Below are positions 34,967-43,418 of a stretch of 47,787 bases of DNA, piece by piece. The translations under genes and the position numbers were made by a program. The notes beneath the pieces are model-generated. The model saw only the letters and a list, made by a program, of their open reading frames with translations. It did not search any database and had not been told where the DNA came from. Every line of letters starts with the position of its first letter. The first letter of the stretch is position 1. Source of the DNA: Candidatus Iainarchaeum sp. (lineage in GTDB: Archaea > Iainarchaeota > Iainarchaeia > JAADDC01); contig JASUTF010000003.1 in NCBI GenBank assembly GCA_030445695.1, forward strand, positions 1-47,787. The letters run 5' to 3'.

Positions 34967-35533
34967 GTGGTGGAGGGACTACCAAAGGAAGAAAGAAAGA
35001 GGATACGAGATCTGGCAGAATTCGCCGCTGCAGACAAGGCACAGCGATACTGGGAAATATATAGCGCGCACAGGATATTGCTCCCCGCGGCAATAAGAGA
35101 ACTCAGCGGAAAGGACCTATTCAAAAGAATCAAAAGAATCGAGCAAAGGCGAGTTGCCTGGGAGAAACGGGCAAAGGGGGACTGGTTGGATTACAATCCA
35201 GACGATACGTTCATAATCGGTCCGGATGAAGAGGGGTACTATGACGAGTTTAACGGACCACATGACTGGCTTACAGAATGGTATGCTCGATGGAAAAGAG
35301 GGGAGATTGAGGGAGGACTCTTCGCAATCAGCGATAGCAAGGATGCGGAAGAATTTCGGCGGGAGAAGGAGAAGGACGCTGTTCAGGCATTGAACTACGT
35401 CAGAAATAAGTATTTTTCAAAGCGTTTTGGCGGCGAGAGACACGTCTGGCAAATAGAGAATGCGCTATACAAAACGATGTACGGGATAGACCTGCATCTT
35501 GCAAACCTTGCAAAACGTGCACAGGAGATGTGA
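34967..35533 (+). CDS. hypothetical protein (188 aa), Trp/acidic-rich
   Basis: Clear ORF; no motif recognised. Confidence 0.5.
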   Translation: MVEGLPKEERKRIRDLAEFAAADKAQRYWEIYSAHRILLPAAIRELSGKDLFKRIKRIEQRRVAWEKRAKGDWLDYNPDDTFIIGPDEEGYYDEFNGPHDWLTEWYARWKRGEIEGGLFAISDSKDAEEFRREKEKDAVQALNYVRNKYFSKRFGGERHVWQIENALYKTMYGIDLHLANLAKRAQEM

Positions 35534-35578
35534 TATCTGCTGGAGAGACGCCAAGTAAAGAAAGGCAAGGAAAAGAAG

Positions 35579-36340
35579 TTGGCAGATGCTCTAATGGACG
35601 AAGTGGCCTGGCACGGCGCAATGGAGGTGAATGCACAAGCACTAAAAGATGTGGACGTTCTGGAAGTGGGCCATGAGTACGTAACCGGTGGAAGGGGCCC
35701 ACAGTCCTGGGAAGAAACCAAGCGATACCACAAGCTCGTAGCGCTGGGCCCGAGGGCACTGCTGGACGGCCTTGGGGTCCTGGACTGGTCGCTTATACAA
35801 AAACTCAGGGAAGACAGGCGGTTCTATAAAAGAGCACAGATTGCAGCAGCTATCCTCTCATCAAAACTGGAGGAAGTGCTAAGGTTTTTGGAAAAGCACC
35901 CTGAACCCTCTGAAAGCTCAAAAGGGGGAAAAAGCACGATAGAAGAGGCGAAGCCCGCAGTCATTACAAAGGCAGACCCGCAACGCACGCTGATGAGAAT
36001 ATTTGAAGAGGAACTGCGAAAGATTATCCCAGAAGACAAGAAGGTAAAGCCCGAACACATAAAAATAGCGCTTGAAAGGACCCGAAAACGGGCACTTACC
36101 GAGAAAATCGCCAAAAGTGCAGCAACCCCGACGATCATGACCGATGCACTACTCAGGGCTATATCCCAGTTCTATATAGAATATACAAAGCGGTACGGAA
36201 GGCCGCCAATAATCCTCGATGAGGAAGACGCAAAAGATATCCTATTCGAAATCGAGGACTATGCCAGGTGGATTGTAAAGCGTGGGCCGAAACACTACTT
36301 CAAGGGTTATGTTGTGGGGCGCCTGCCACCAGAAAAATAA
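35579..36340 (+). CDS. hypothetical protein (253 aa)
   Basis: Clear ORF; no motif recognised. Confidence 0.5.
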   Translation: MADALMDEVAWHGAMEVNAQALKDVDVLEVGHEYVTGGRGPQSWEETKRYHKLVALGPRALLDGLGVLDWSLIQKLREDRRFYKRAQIAAAILSSKLEEVLRFLEKHPEPSESSKGGKSTIEEAKPAVITKADPQRTLMRIFEEELRKIIPEDKKVKPEHIKIALERTRKRALTEKIAKSAATPTIMTDALLRAISQFYIEYTKRYGRPPIILDEEDAKDILFEIEDYARWIVKRGPKHYFKGYVVGRLPPEK

Positions 36341-36464
36341 AGGTTTAAAACGAGAACACGGCAAATGCATACGTGGCAGGTGTTTGCCTTCTTCAGGCAT
36401 GACGTCTTCTCTCCGATTTTTGTTAGTGTGAACGCTGGAGGTGTTGTGATTGGCAAGGGATGAA

Positions 36465-39317
36465 ATGCAGCGTATAGAGGAGAAATGGCAGAAAGAATGG
36501 GAAAGGGCAAGGATATTTGAGGCGGATGCGGATCCGTCACGGCCGAAAATCTTCGTCACGTTCCCATATCCCTACGTGAACGGAGATGGACACCTTGGCC
36601 ACCTGTACTCGCAGATCCACGCGGAGATCTACGCACGATACAAGCGTATGAAGGGGTACAACGTCCTGTTCCCGCAGGGCTTCCACGCAACGGGTCAGCC
36701 CATTGTAGCAGCAGCCCGGAGGATTAGAGAGGGGGACCCGAAGTATATACGCATCCTAAAACAGTACGGCTTCTCTGACGAGGAGATTCCGGAGTTCGGC
36801 GACCCGAAGAAGTGGATAAAGACCTTCTCCGAGCGTTGGAAGAGCGCACTGCATAAGATGGGCTTCTCCATCGACTGGAGGAGGAGCTTCCACACCACAG
36901 AGTTAAACCCGCCGTACGACAAGTTCGTGCGCTGGCAGTATAACAAGCTGAAAGAGAAGGGGCTCGTGGTAAAGGGCAGCCACCCAGTGGTCTGGTGCCC
37001 CGTGGAGGAAATACCAATAGGCGACCACGACAGGCAGGACGAGTTCGCGGGCATCGGGCCGGAGGAGGTTGTTGTCATCAAGTTCCGCATGGACGATGGA
37101 ACGGTCATTCCAACGGGCACGTATCGTCCTGAAACGGTCTACGGCGTTACGAACATATGGATACACCCAGATGTGGAGTATGTCATTGCAGAGGTGGACG
37201 GGGAGCGCTGGATTATTTCTGAGTGGGGTGCAGAACATCTGAAGGAACAGCAGCACGACGTGAAAATCGTTGGAAGGGTAAAGGGCGAGGAACTGGTCGG
37301 GAAATACGTGAAGAACCCAGTCACCGGTGATTCCGTTCCAATCCTGCCAGCAACCTTCGTAGACCCGGATGTGGCAACGGGTATCGTCATGAGCGTGCCC
37401 GCTCACGCTCCCTACGACTGGATAGCACTGGAGGATCTGAAGAAGGATGAGGAAACGCTGGAGAAGTACGGAATCAAGGAAATCGTCCAGAAGATTGAGC
37501 CCATCAGTTTGATCGGGGTCGAGGGCTACTCGGAGTTCCCAGCGAAGGACGCAGTAGAGAAGTACGGAGTGAAGAGCCAGAAGGACGTCGAGGCGCTGGA
37601 GAAGGCCACGGAGGAGATATACAAGAAGGAGTTCTACACGGGAAAACTAAAGGGACTATACGGCGAGTTTGCGGGCAGAACCGTGCAGGAAGTAAAGGAC
37701 GAGATGATAGAACGCTTCAAGGATATGGGTGCGGCAACAACAATGTGGGTAACGCCTGTCCCAATCATTGACCGCGCCGGCCACAAATGTCTGGTCAAGA
37801 TCGTGGAGAACCAGTGGTTCCTGAAGTACTCCGACGAGAAATGGAAGGAGAAGGCAAGGGAGACGCTGGAGACGACGCGGTTCGACCCGGAGCCCGATGC
37901 GAGGAGGGCAGTGGAGCACACGATAGAGTGGCTACACGACTGGGCGTGCACGCGTGATGTCCGCTCATCCCTGGGGACGAAACTGCCGTGGGACGACTCG
38001 CAGTACATAGAATCGCTGTCCGACTCCACCATATACATGGCATACTACACCATAGCTCATTATCTCCAAAATGCAGAGAAGTATGGCATAGACGTGGAGA
38101 AAATAGACGACGCGTTCTTTGACTACGTGTTCTACGGAAAGGGAGATGCCGAAGATATTGCAAAGAAGGTGGGGACAACCAAAGACGTAATGGAGGCCAT
38201 GCGGCGCGAGTTCGAGTACTGGTACCCCGTGGATTTGAGAAGCACAGGAAAGGACCTGCTGCAGAACCACGTAACGTTTTCCATCTTCCACCACGCTGCC
38301 ATATTTCCCAACAAGCACATACGCAGGTGGACGGCTAACGGGTGGGTGCTGCTGAACGGCGAGAAGATGAGCAAGAGCAAGGGCAACTCCATCACAATAA
38401 TTCAGGCACAGGAGCAGTGGGGGGCAGACGCAACGCGATTCGCAGAGGCCTACGCCGGAAACCTGACGCTGGAGGACGCGAACTTCGAGACAGAGATAGC
38501 GGAGCAGATGGTGGAGGAACTACCACGCTGGAAGGACTTCATCGCACAGTGGTATGGCAAAGGGATCGACGAGTACAGGGATATAGATAGATGGTTCGAG
38601 AGTAGGGTGAACAGGATCATAAAGATGGTGGACGAGGAGTACGAGGCGCTGAACACGAGGAACATTGTGAATGCAGCGTGGTTTGAGTTCTGGAGGGTAG
38701 TTCGCTACTACCTGAGGAGAACCATGAACGGGCCGAACAAGGAGGTCTTCTCCAACGCCCTGGAGGACTGGGTAAAGATCATGGCGCCCGTGACGCCGCA
38801 CATAGCAGAGGAGATATGGCACGAGGTCTTTGGAAAGGATAGCTTCGTTTCAGTGGAGAAGTTCCCGAAGGTGGACGAGAGCAAGATAGACGAGAGAATG
38901 GAGAAGATGGAAGAGTTTGTGCAGAGAACCGTGGACGACATACGCGAGGTCATGAAGCTGGCAAAGGTGGAGGAGCCGGAGCGTGTTGTCATCATGCTGG
39001 CGGACCAGTGGAAGTACGACGCGTTCAGAAAGGTTCGTGAGATGCTGGAGAACGGTGTGCGAAATGTGGGGCAGTTGATGGAAGCGATACCAGCGGAGCA
39101 CAGGAAGGACGTGGCGAAACTGCTATCCTCAGCGGTGAAGAACCCCAAGAGGATACCAGAGGTCATCGGCACGAGAGAAGAGGAGAAGGAAGCGCTGGAG
39201 CAGGCCAGAGAGTTCATGGAGGCAGAGCTGGGCGTGAAGATAGAGATCGTGGAGGACTACGACCACCCTAAGCGGAAGAACGCTTTACCGTTTAAGCCAG
39301 CGATCCTGGTGGAGTGA
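36465..39317 (+). CDS. leuS: leucyl-tRNA synthetase, archaeal type
   Basis: MQRIEEKWQKEW, PYVNGDGHLGHLYS (HIGH) and GEKMSKSKGN (KMSKS), with a CP1 editing-domain-sized insertion. ATG 36465 is preferred over the track TTG at 36450. Confidence 0.93.
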   Translation: MQRIEEKWQKEWERARIFEADADPSRPKIFVTFPYPYVNGDGHLGHLYSQIHAEIYARYKRMKGYNVLFPQGFHATGQPIVAAARRIREGDPKYIRILKQYGFSDEEIPEFGDPKKWIKTFSERWKSALHKMGFSIDWRRSFHTTELNPPYDKFVRWQYNKLKEKGLVVKGSHPVVWCPVEEIPIGDHDRQDEFAGIGPEEVVVIKFRMDDGTVIPTGTYRPETVYGVTNIWIHPDVEYVIAEVDGERWIISEWGAEHLKEQQHDVKIVGRVKGEELVGKYVKNPVTGDSVPILPATFVDPDVATGIVMSVPAHAPYDWIALEDLKKDEETLEKYGIKEIVQKIEPISLIGVEGYSEFPAKDAVEKYGVKSQKDVEALEKATEEIYKKEFYTGKLKGLYGEFAGRTVQEVKDEMIERFKDMGAATTMWVTPVPIIDRAGHKCLVKIVENQWFLKYSDEKWKEKARETLETTRFDPEPDARRAVEHTIEWLHDWACTRDVRSSLGTKLPWDDSQYIESLSDSTIYMAYYTIAHYLQNAEKYGIDVEKIDDAFFDYVFYGKGDAEDIAKKVGTTKDVMEAMRREFEYWYPVDLRSTGKDLLQNHVTFSIFHHAAIFPNKHIRRWTANGWVLLNGEKMSKSKGNSITIIQAQEQWGADATRFAEAYAGNLTLEDANFETEIAEQMVEELPRWKDFIAQWYGKGIDEYRDIDRWFESRVNRIIKMVDEEYEALNTRNIVNAAWFEFWRVVRYYLRRTMNGPNKEVFSNALEDWVKIMAPVTPHIAEEIWHEVFGKDSFVSVEKFPKVDESKIDERMEKMEEFVQRTVDDIREVMKLAKVEEPERVVIMLADQWKYDAFRKVREMLENGVRNVGQLMEAIPAEHRKDVAKLLSSAVKNPKRIPEVIGTREEEKEALEQAREFMEAELGVKIEIVEDYDHPKRKNALPFKPAILVE

Positions 39318-39358
39318 TTTCCACCTTCTTTTTATTTTCAGAATAACGCAATCAATAC

Positions 39359-39946
39359 ATGGAGCCCGCGGAAATGCAGGAAGCGGTGGAGAAACTAGAG
39401 GAACTCGTGGAAAAAACAGATTGGGGGAAAGACCACCGCGTCGAGGACCTGCTGCTCCGTTCCAGGAACCTTGCGGCAGCACTTTTGGACCCATATGTCC
39501 TCTTCCACACGAAGGTCGTCGCTTCTCTCGTGAAGAAACGCGGAGGAGACAGGATAGATGAAGTGGCCGCGTGGCTGCACGATACTGGAAGGGTGGTGAC
39601 TGATGATGGACATAGGGATGTAGGATACCTCTGGGCAAAGAAGTGGTTGAAGAAGTTCTACATAACTGATGAGGAGATAGAACGCATACTCGACGGCATA
39701 AAGAACCACGGAACGAAGGATGATCCAAAAACGAAGACGGGAAAGATGCTGAAACTGGTGGACGCGCTGGCAGTGTTCGACGAGGGCTGGGCTGCAATGA
39801 TTCTAAAGTACTACGAGAGTGTCGGAAAGATAGAGAAAGCGATAAAGATGTTGAGGAAAAAGGCCAGTGTTATTCACGAGTTGGGCAGTCCGGAAGACGT
39901 CGAAGAGGTGGAAAGAGTGGCGAAGATGTTTGGGATAGAGGTATGA
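39359..39946 (+). CDS. HD-domain phosphohydrolase
   Basis: LFHTKVVASL ... AAWLHDTGRV ... IKNHG fits the H...HD...H/D pattern. 195 aa. Confidence 0.7.
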   Translation: MEPAEMQEAVEKLEELVEKTDWGKDHRVEDLLLRSRNLAAALLDPYVLFHTKVVASLVKKRGGDRIDEVAAWLHDTGRVVTDDGHRDVGYLWAKKWLKKFYITDEEIERILDGIKNHGTKDDPKTKTGKMLKLVDALAVFDEGWAAMILKYYESVGKIEKAIKMLRKKASVIHELGSPEDVEEVERVAKMFGIEV

Positions 39947-39999
39947 CTCCTATGGCAGCGGGATAAAGGGATAAAAACAGAACTGACCAGTAGTAACAT

Positions 40000-40641
40000 A
40001 TGGATCCGCTGACCCACGATGTCATCATTGGTATCCCCCTTTTCATCTGGGTTCTGTTCGTCGTATTCGTCGTTGCACGCTGGTTCTACAGGCAATACTC
40101 CAACTACAGGGCAAGGAAGGCAATACACTACTTTGCAGGTGGGTTTGTTGCGTTAATTGCACCGTTCATCTTCCAGACGCCATACGTGTTTGTCACTGCT
40201 TCCTTCCTCCTCTTTATATTCACGTATCTGCCTCACGCGTGGGGAAAGCAGTTCAAATGGTTCCAGATCCCGGGAAAGTACGGCGAGGTCTACTTCACGT
40301 TCTCGTATTTTGTGCTTTTTGCAATATTCTGGAATCTTGACGTGTGGGTTGCCGTGACTGCGGCGCTCTTCATGGCGTTCGGTGACGGGGTGACAGGCAT
40401 TGTCAAGGAGCACTTCTACGGGAAGAGGGAGAACGAACGCGCAGTGAAAGGATTGAACCTCGGGAATTTAGCAATGTTCCTTGTCTGCGCCCCCATTGGA
40501 TACGTGTTTGAAGGAGCTCCGGGACTCGTAGCAGCGGTCTACGCGTCGCTAGTGGAGGCGTTCTACGGAGTTGACGATAACGTCACCGTACCGCTCGGTT
40601 CAGCGGCGATTATGTGGTTGTTGAAGAGTGCAGGGCTATAA
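40000..40641 (+). CDS. polytopic membrane protein, possibly polyprenol (dolichol/phytol) kinase / CdsA-superfamily
   Basis: 213 aa with about 6 TM helices. MAFGDGVTGIVKEHF resembles the GDxxA/TxxxG loop of Sec59/VTE5-type kinases. This is a weak call. Confidence 0.4.
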   Translation: MDPLTHDVIIGIPLFIWVLFVVFVVARWFYRQYSNYRARKAIHYFAGGFVALIAPFIFQTPYVFVTASFLLFIFTYLPHAWGKQFKWFQIPGKYGEVYFTFSYFVLFAIFWNLDVWVAVTAALFMAFGDGVTGIVKEHFYGKRENERAVKGLNLGNLAMFLVCAPIGYVFEGAPGLVAAVYASLVEAFYGVDDNVTVPLGSAAIMWLLKSAGL

Positions 40642-40680
40642 CAAACCGGGATTATAAAGCAGTAATGCATTCTGTAATAC

Positions 40681-41331
40681 GTGTTCACGTTCGGAGAAGA
40701 TATGAGTCCAGCATTCAGGCGAAAGTTGCGCGAAGAAATAAAGATCCCTGAGCAACCGGTGAAGCACCAAGAACACGTTGCAGAACTTGCTAAGCGGGTT
40801 GCCGACATGGAACCACACGAGAGAACGCTAATACGCCTATCGATCGACCCGAGATACGCCGCAGATGGCCGGAAGACATCAATAATCTTTGAACCAGTAG
40901 CGATAGTACCAAAAAATGTTGATGGGAAAAATGTGCTTCAAATGCTCCGTGGAAACAGTATTGAAGATTTCGTGGACTTCGGGGGCCTGGACAACATTGT
41001 GGGGGTATCTGGGTACGCCTACACCCGCACAGGCAGAAAGATACCAATCATTGTGAAAAAGTGGGAATTCTCGCCAAGCTACCCAGATGCAAGGGAACTC
41101 TTCGGACTTGGAACCATATACCTTGCCCCGGGCAACAGGAAAGCGCTTATACGCGGTAAATTGGGACGACTAACAGGCATACAGGTAGTTGGAAGGGGTC
41201 TGACACCCGATGACTATCTAATGAACATGATACGACTATATGCAGAGCAGATTATTAGGCAAGAGGGAACCGCCGATCGTGGTAAAGGATTACTATCCAC
41301 CGAACGTCGCGAAAGTTATCGGCTGGTTTGA
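40681..41331 (+). CDS. hypothetical protein (216 aa). Its 3' end overlaps the next ORF by 53-92 nt in another frame.
   Basis: Clear ORF; no motif recognised. Confidence 0.5.
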   Translation: MFTFGEDMSPAFRRKLREEIKIPEQPVKHQEHVAELAKRVADMEPHERTLIRLSIDPRYAADGRKTSIIFEPVAIVPKNVDGKNVLQMLRGNSIEDFVDFGGLDNIVGVSGYAYTRTGRKIPIIVKKWEFSPSYPDARELFGLGTIYLAPGNRKALIRGKLGRLTGIQVVGRGLTPDDYLMNMIRLYAEQIIRQEGTADRGKGLLSTERRESYRLV

Positions 41332-41734
41332 TCTTGTGACAGGACGTGTCAGCAGCAAAAAAGACGTACAGGAAACGTTGAACAAAATCCTTGGAACCGC
41401 AATAGAGGAAACCAGAGCTCTGGTCCAGTTGCAGAAGGAATACACGAAGATAAGGGGCTCTTCCCTGAATGCCAGAGAATTTCTGGAATTCGTTGACACT
41501 AAAGGCGCAGGTGAGACGGGTATTGAGCGAGCACGGGCATGGTTCGAGTCAATGTTGCAATCACCTCAGTTCTGGCGTTGGGCAACTGCAAGGTTCCGGC
41601 ACCTGTTGCCAAAATCTCGGGCGAAGCAGATGCGAAAGTTTGTACTTAGTGCGTTAACAGTCGAAGAGAGATTGCACCGACTGAGAGTCGCGGAAAAGCA
41701 CGCAAACGCCATGGTTGTACGGCAGCTCATATAG
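41240..41734 (+). CDS. hypothetical helical protein (164 aa), possibly the frameshifted continuation of 40681-41331
   Basis: The ORF lies in the +1 frame relative to the previous one. An alternative GTG start lies at 41279. Confidence 0.45.
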   Translation: MQSRLLGKREPPIVVKDYYPPNVAKVIGWFDLVTGRVSSKKDVQETLNKILGTAIEETRALVQLQKEYTKIRGSSLNAREFLEFVDTKGAGETGIERARAWFESMLQSPQFWRWATARFRHLLPKSRAKQMRKFVLSALTVEERLHRLRVAEKHANAMVVRQLI

Positions 41735-41838
41735 CGCAAGAGTTGCTCAGCCCTCGCCGCTCCTCGTCATCCCAGCGGTCCCGGGGGCAAGGCATCATCA
41801 TCGCTGGATAAAATTGGTGGGGGGACGGTTTAACAGGG

Positions 41839-42189
41839 CTACTGGCACGGAACCGGGACCTGCTTGTCGGCACCTCTCCAGACAAAAGACACTGTCACGG
41901 ACTGATATGTGCCGGTAAAGGTCTGGGCAACGGACCAGCCGGCCTGAATCTCCGGCAAGATCGCAAGTTCCTTTCCATCGGGCAAAATGACCCTAAGATT
42001 CGAAACGTCTTCGACAGCAGCGATCCGCACAATGGTTTTCCCCGCAAGGTATGTGCACTTAGCGGCCACTGGGCTCTCAGGAACCACAGATATTGGCGTT
42101 TTGCTCGTGTCGCTCGCTACAGCAGAGTGTAGGACGTGTATAAGCGCGCCGAGCGCTGCAAGTACTACTATTATCTTCGCTAACCGCAT
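41839..42189 (-). CDS. small secreted beta-rich protein
   Basis: Start set at ATG 42189 (MRLAKIIVVLAALGALIHVLHSAVA, a signal-peptide-like N-terminus). The track start at 42213 lies directly against the TATA box. Confidence 0.5.
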   Translation of the reverse strand: MRLAKIIVVLAALGALIHVLHSAVASDTSKTPISVVPESPVAAKCTYLAGKTIVRIAAVEDVSNLRVILPDGKELAILPEIQAGWSVAQTFTGTYQSVTVSFVWRGADKQVPVPCQ

Positions 42190-42213
42190 GTGGTGATTAT
42201 GGATTTTGGGCAT

Positions 42214-42221
42214 TTATAAAC
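42214..42221 (-). promoter_or_regulatory. TATA box for 41839-42189
   Basis: tttataaa centred about 28 nt upstream of ATG 42189. Confidence 0.45.
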
Positions 42222-42248
42222 CTGGCTAGGTGCGATGCTCCGAAATTT

Positions 42249-42260
42249 GTTATACATAAC
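42249..42260. repeat. box copy A: gttatacataac (GTTAT-AC-ATAAC palindrome)
   Basis: Read directly from the sequence. Confidence 0.6.
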
Positions 42261-42417
42261 ACATGTAAGGGTCTGGATGATACCATACCAACAAACTACA
42301 TTTTTTAAAATATTAAATTTGTTTAACTACGTAGCTTGCAATCTCATTCAATGGATACCTTAAAAATTATTATTTGCAGGGTATGCAAAAAATATTGCCA
42401 ACAGGATACAGATTGTA

Positions 42418-42433
42418 GTTATATACATAACGC
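42418..42433. repeat. box copy B: gttatatacataacgc (GTTAT-ATAC-ATAAC palindrome plus GC)
   Basis: Read directly. It shares tatacataacgc and about 18 further similar nt with copy C. Confidence 0.6.
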
Positions 42434-42463
42434 AGATTCCGCTGTTTCAGCACCAATTGTGAA

Positions 42464-42480
42464 GCCAGAATATGGGGTAA
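42464..42480 (+). repeat. module R1: gccagaatatggggtaa
   Basis: One of three direct copies of CCAGwwTwyGGG(G/T)TA, each followed within about 15 nt by AAAACA. Confidence 0.5.
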
Positions 42481-42660
42481 GAGTACGAAAACATTGTGTA
42501 AAGTGGGACTTTTTGACAAAAACTATGTTTGCATTGTTGGTAGCATAAACAAACATATTTTTTGTATATGGAAGATATTGCTACAAATAATGTCATAAAA
42601 ATAGTGATTCTTTTACAAACAGTTTATTTTGATATACTGTAATCAGAAGTGATAGAACAC

Positions 42661-42676
42661 GCCAGATTTTGGGTTA
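42661..42676 (+). repeat. module R2: gccagattttgggtta
   Basis: Second copy. It is preceded at 42632-42644 by a degenerate box (atatactgtaatc). Confidence 0.45.
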
Positions 42677-42878
42677 TGCAAAAACACATTACGGCGCGGT
42701 ATTTTAGGCGAAGAAGTTGGATTCTGTGGCAGGTCATTTTTGGGGTGTTACTGTAGGAAATCACGGATTTTTTTAGAATAATCAAAAATAATATTGGGTT
42801 TGTTGGGAAGGACAAGTGAAACGCGGGTTACCGTGATTTTACGGGATGGAACGATAAAAATTTTGGTTAAAATGAAAC

Positions 42879-43220
42879 TCACTGCAGGCGCTCCAGATGC
42901 CTGTAAAGGCCCTCAAGATCGTGTGCTAGCTCATCACCGCGTTCAGTGAGCTCAATGTAGCGAGTTCTACCCTCTTTGGCGGTTTTCACGATACCAAGTT
43001 CTTCGAACCGCTTCACCAGCTTGACCATGTGAGGGTACGTGGTGTCGACCTCCTTTGCAAGTGCGGATACATACCACTTTCGTCTGCGATCGCGAAGGAG
43101 AATGATCGCCTTGGCTGGCTTCACCTTCAAGAAAAGTCCCACGGTGTCGTTGCTCCCGGCCATATAGATACTCATGCATATATCTCCTTTTAAAGATTTA
43201 GATAGGACGAATGAAAGCAT
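42879..43220 (-). CDS. small winged-helix transcription regulator (ArsR/MarR-like)
   Basis: WYVSALAKEVDTTYPHMVKLVKRFEELGIVKTAKEGRTRYIELTERGDELA is a canonical wHTH. An alternative start at ATG 43175 (MSIYMAGS) is preceded by AGGAG. Confidence 0.7.
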   Translation of the reverse strand: MLSFVLSKSLKGDICMSIYMAGSNDTVGLFLKVKPAKAIILLRDRRRKWYVSALAKEVDTTYPHMVKLVKRFEELGIVKTAKEGRTRYIELTERGDELAHDLEGLYRHLERLQ

Positions 43221-43281
43221 TTAGCAGTTAATATAGTATCTATTTTGTTAATTTGCACATAGATTCTTATGGAGCTATTCC

Positions 43282-43293
43282 TATACATAACGC
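43282..43293. repeat. box copy C: tatacataacgc
   Basis: Read directly. It lies in the divergent intergenic region between the wHTH gene and the PRC-barrel gene. Confidence 0.6.
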
Positions 43294-43314
43294 GAATACC
43301 ACAGTTCTATAGAT

Positions 43315-43324
43315 GTTATGTATA
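43315..43324. repeat. box copy C-prime: gttatgtata, the inverted copy of tatacataac, 21 nt from copy C
   Basis: Exact 10-nt reverse complement of 43282-43291. Confidence 0.6.
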
Positions 43325-43344
43325 AGTATGCAACCCCCTTAACT

Positions 43345-43361
43345 TCCAGTATTCGGGGTAA
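43345..43361 (+). repeat. module R3: tccagtattcggggtaa
   Basis: Third copy of the CCAG...GGGGTAA module, followed by aaaaacac. Confidence 0.5.
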
Positions 43362-43410
43362 AAAACACCGCGTGTTATTAGTTCAGGAGTGGGGGATATA
43401 CACAGCAACA

Positions 43411-43418
43411 TTTAAATA
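43411..43418 (+). promoter_or_regulatory. TATA box for the PRC-barrel gene
   Basis: tttaaata lies about 40 nt upstream of ATG 43454. A GAGGTGA Shine-Dalgarno-like element lies about 8 nt upstream of the ATG. Confidence 0.4.

Larger units (their letters stand above)
42222..42878. other. roughly 660-bp very AT-rich region with no convincing gene; the longest non-coding stretch in the window
   Basis: Hand counts give 15/60 G+C for 42301-42360 and 13/60 for 42541-42600, against 40/60 for a typical coding line (13501-13560). The only track ORFs here are 42336-42548 (+, TTG start) and 42624-42815 (-), both 60-70 aa with codon usage unlike the rest of the window. Confidence 0.6.

Noticed and set aside
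34917-35093. N-terminal 59-aa extension of the ferredoxin ORF in the track (34701-35093).
   Set aside because: The extension is hydrophobic and Pro-rich with no ferredoxin homology. It overlaps the start of the plus-strand gene 34967-35533. The internal ATG at 34916 gives a standard-size 2x[4Fe-4S] ferredoxin.
39285-39797. 170-aa minus-strand ORF opposite the HD-domain gene.
   Set aside because: Its translation is Pro/Ser/Arg-rich and low-complexity, and it lies antisense to a gene with an HD motif.
41715-41918. 67-aa plus-strand ORF, and possible structured RNA, in the 104-bp gap 41735-41838.
   Set aside because: The ORF overlaps the 3' end of the minus-strand secreted-protein gene and has no start context. 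I could not fold a convincing tRNA or sRNA from the GC-rich spacer.
42336-42548. 70-aa ORF (TTG start, internal ATG at 42351) with several Cys residues inside the AT-rich region.
   Set aside because: It has no TATA box or SD at a sensible distance that I could find. Its codon usage is unlike every confident gene in the window, and it runs across repeat box B and module R1. It cannot be excluded entirely as a foreign small gene.
42816-42828. gtgaaacgcgggt, which resembles the GGAAAC...GGGGT half of an archaeal ORB element.
   Set aside because: It is a single copy with no TCCA dyad partner. On its own it is too weak to call.
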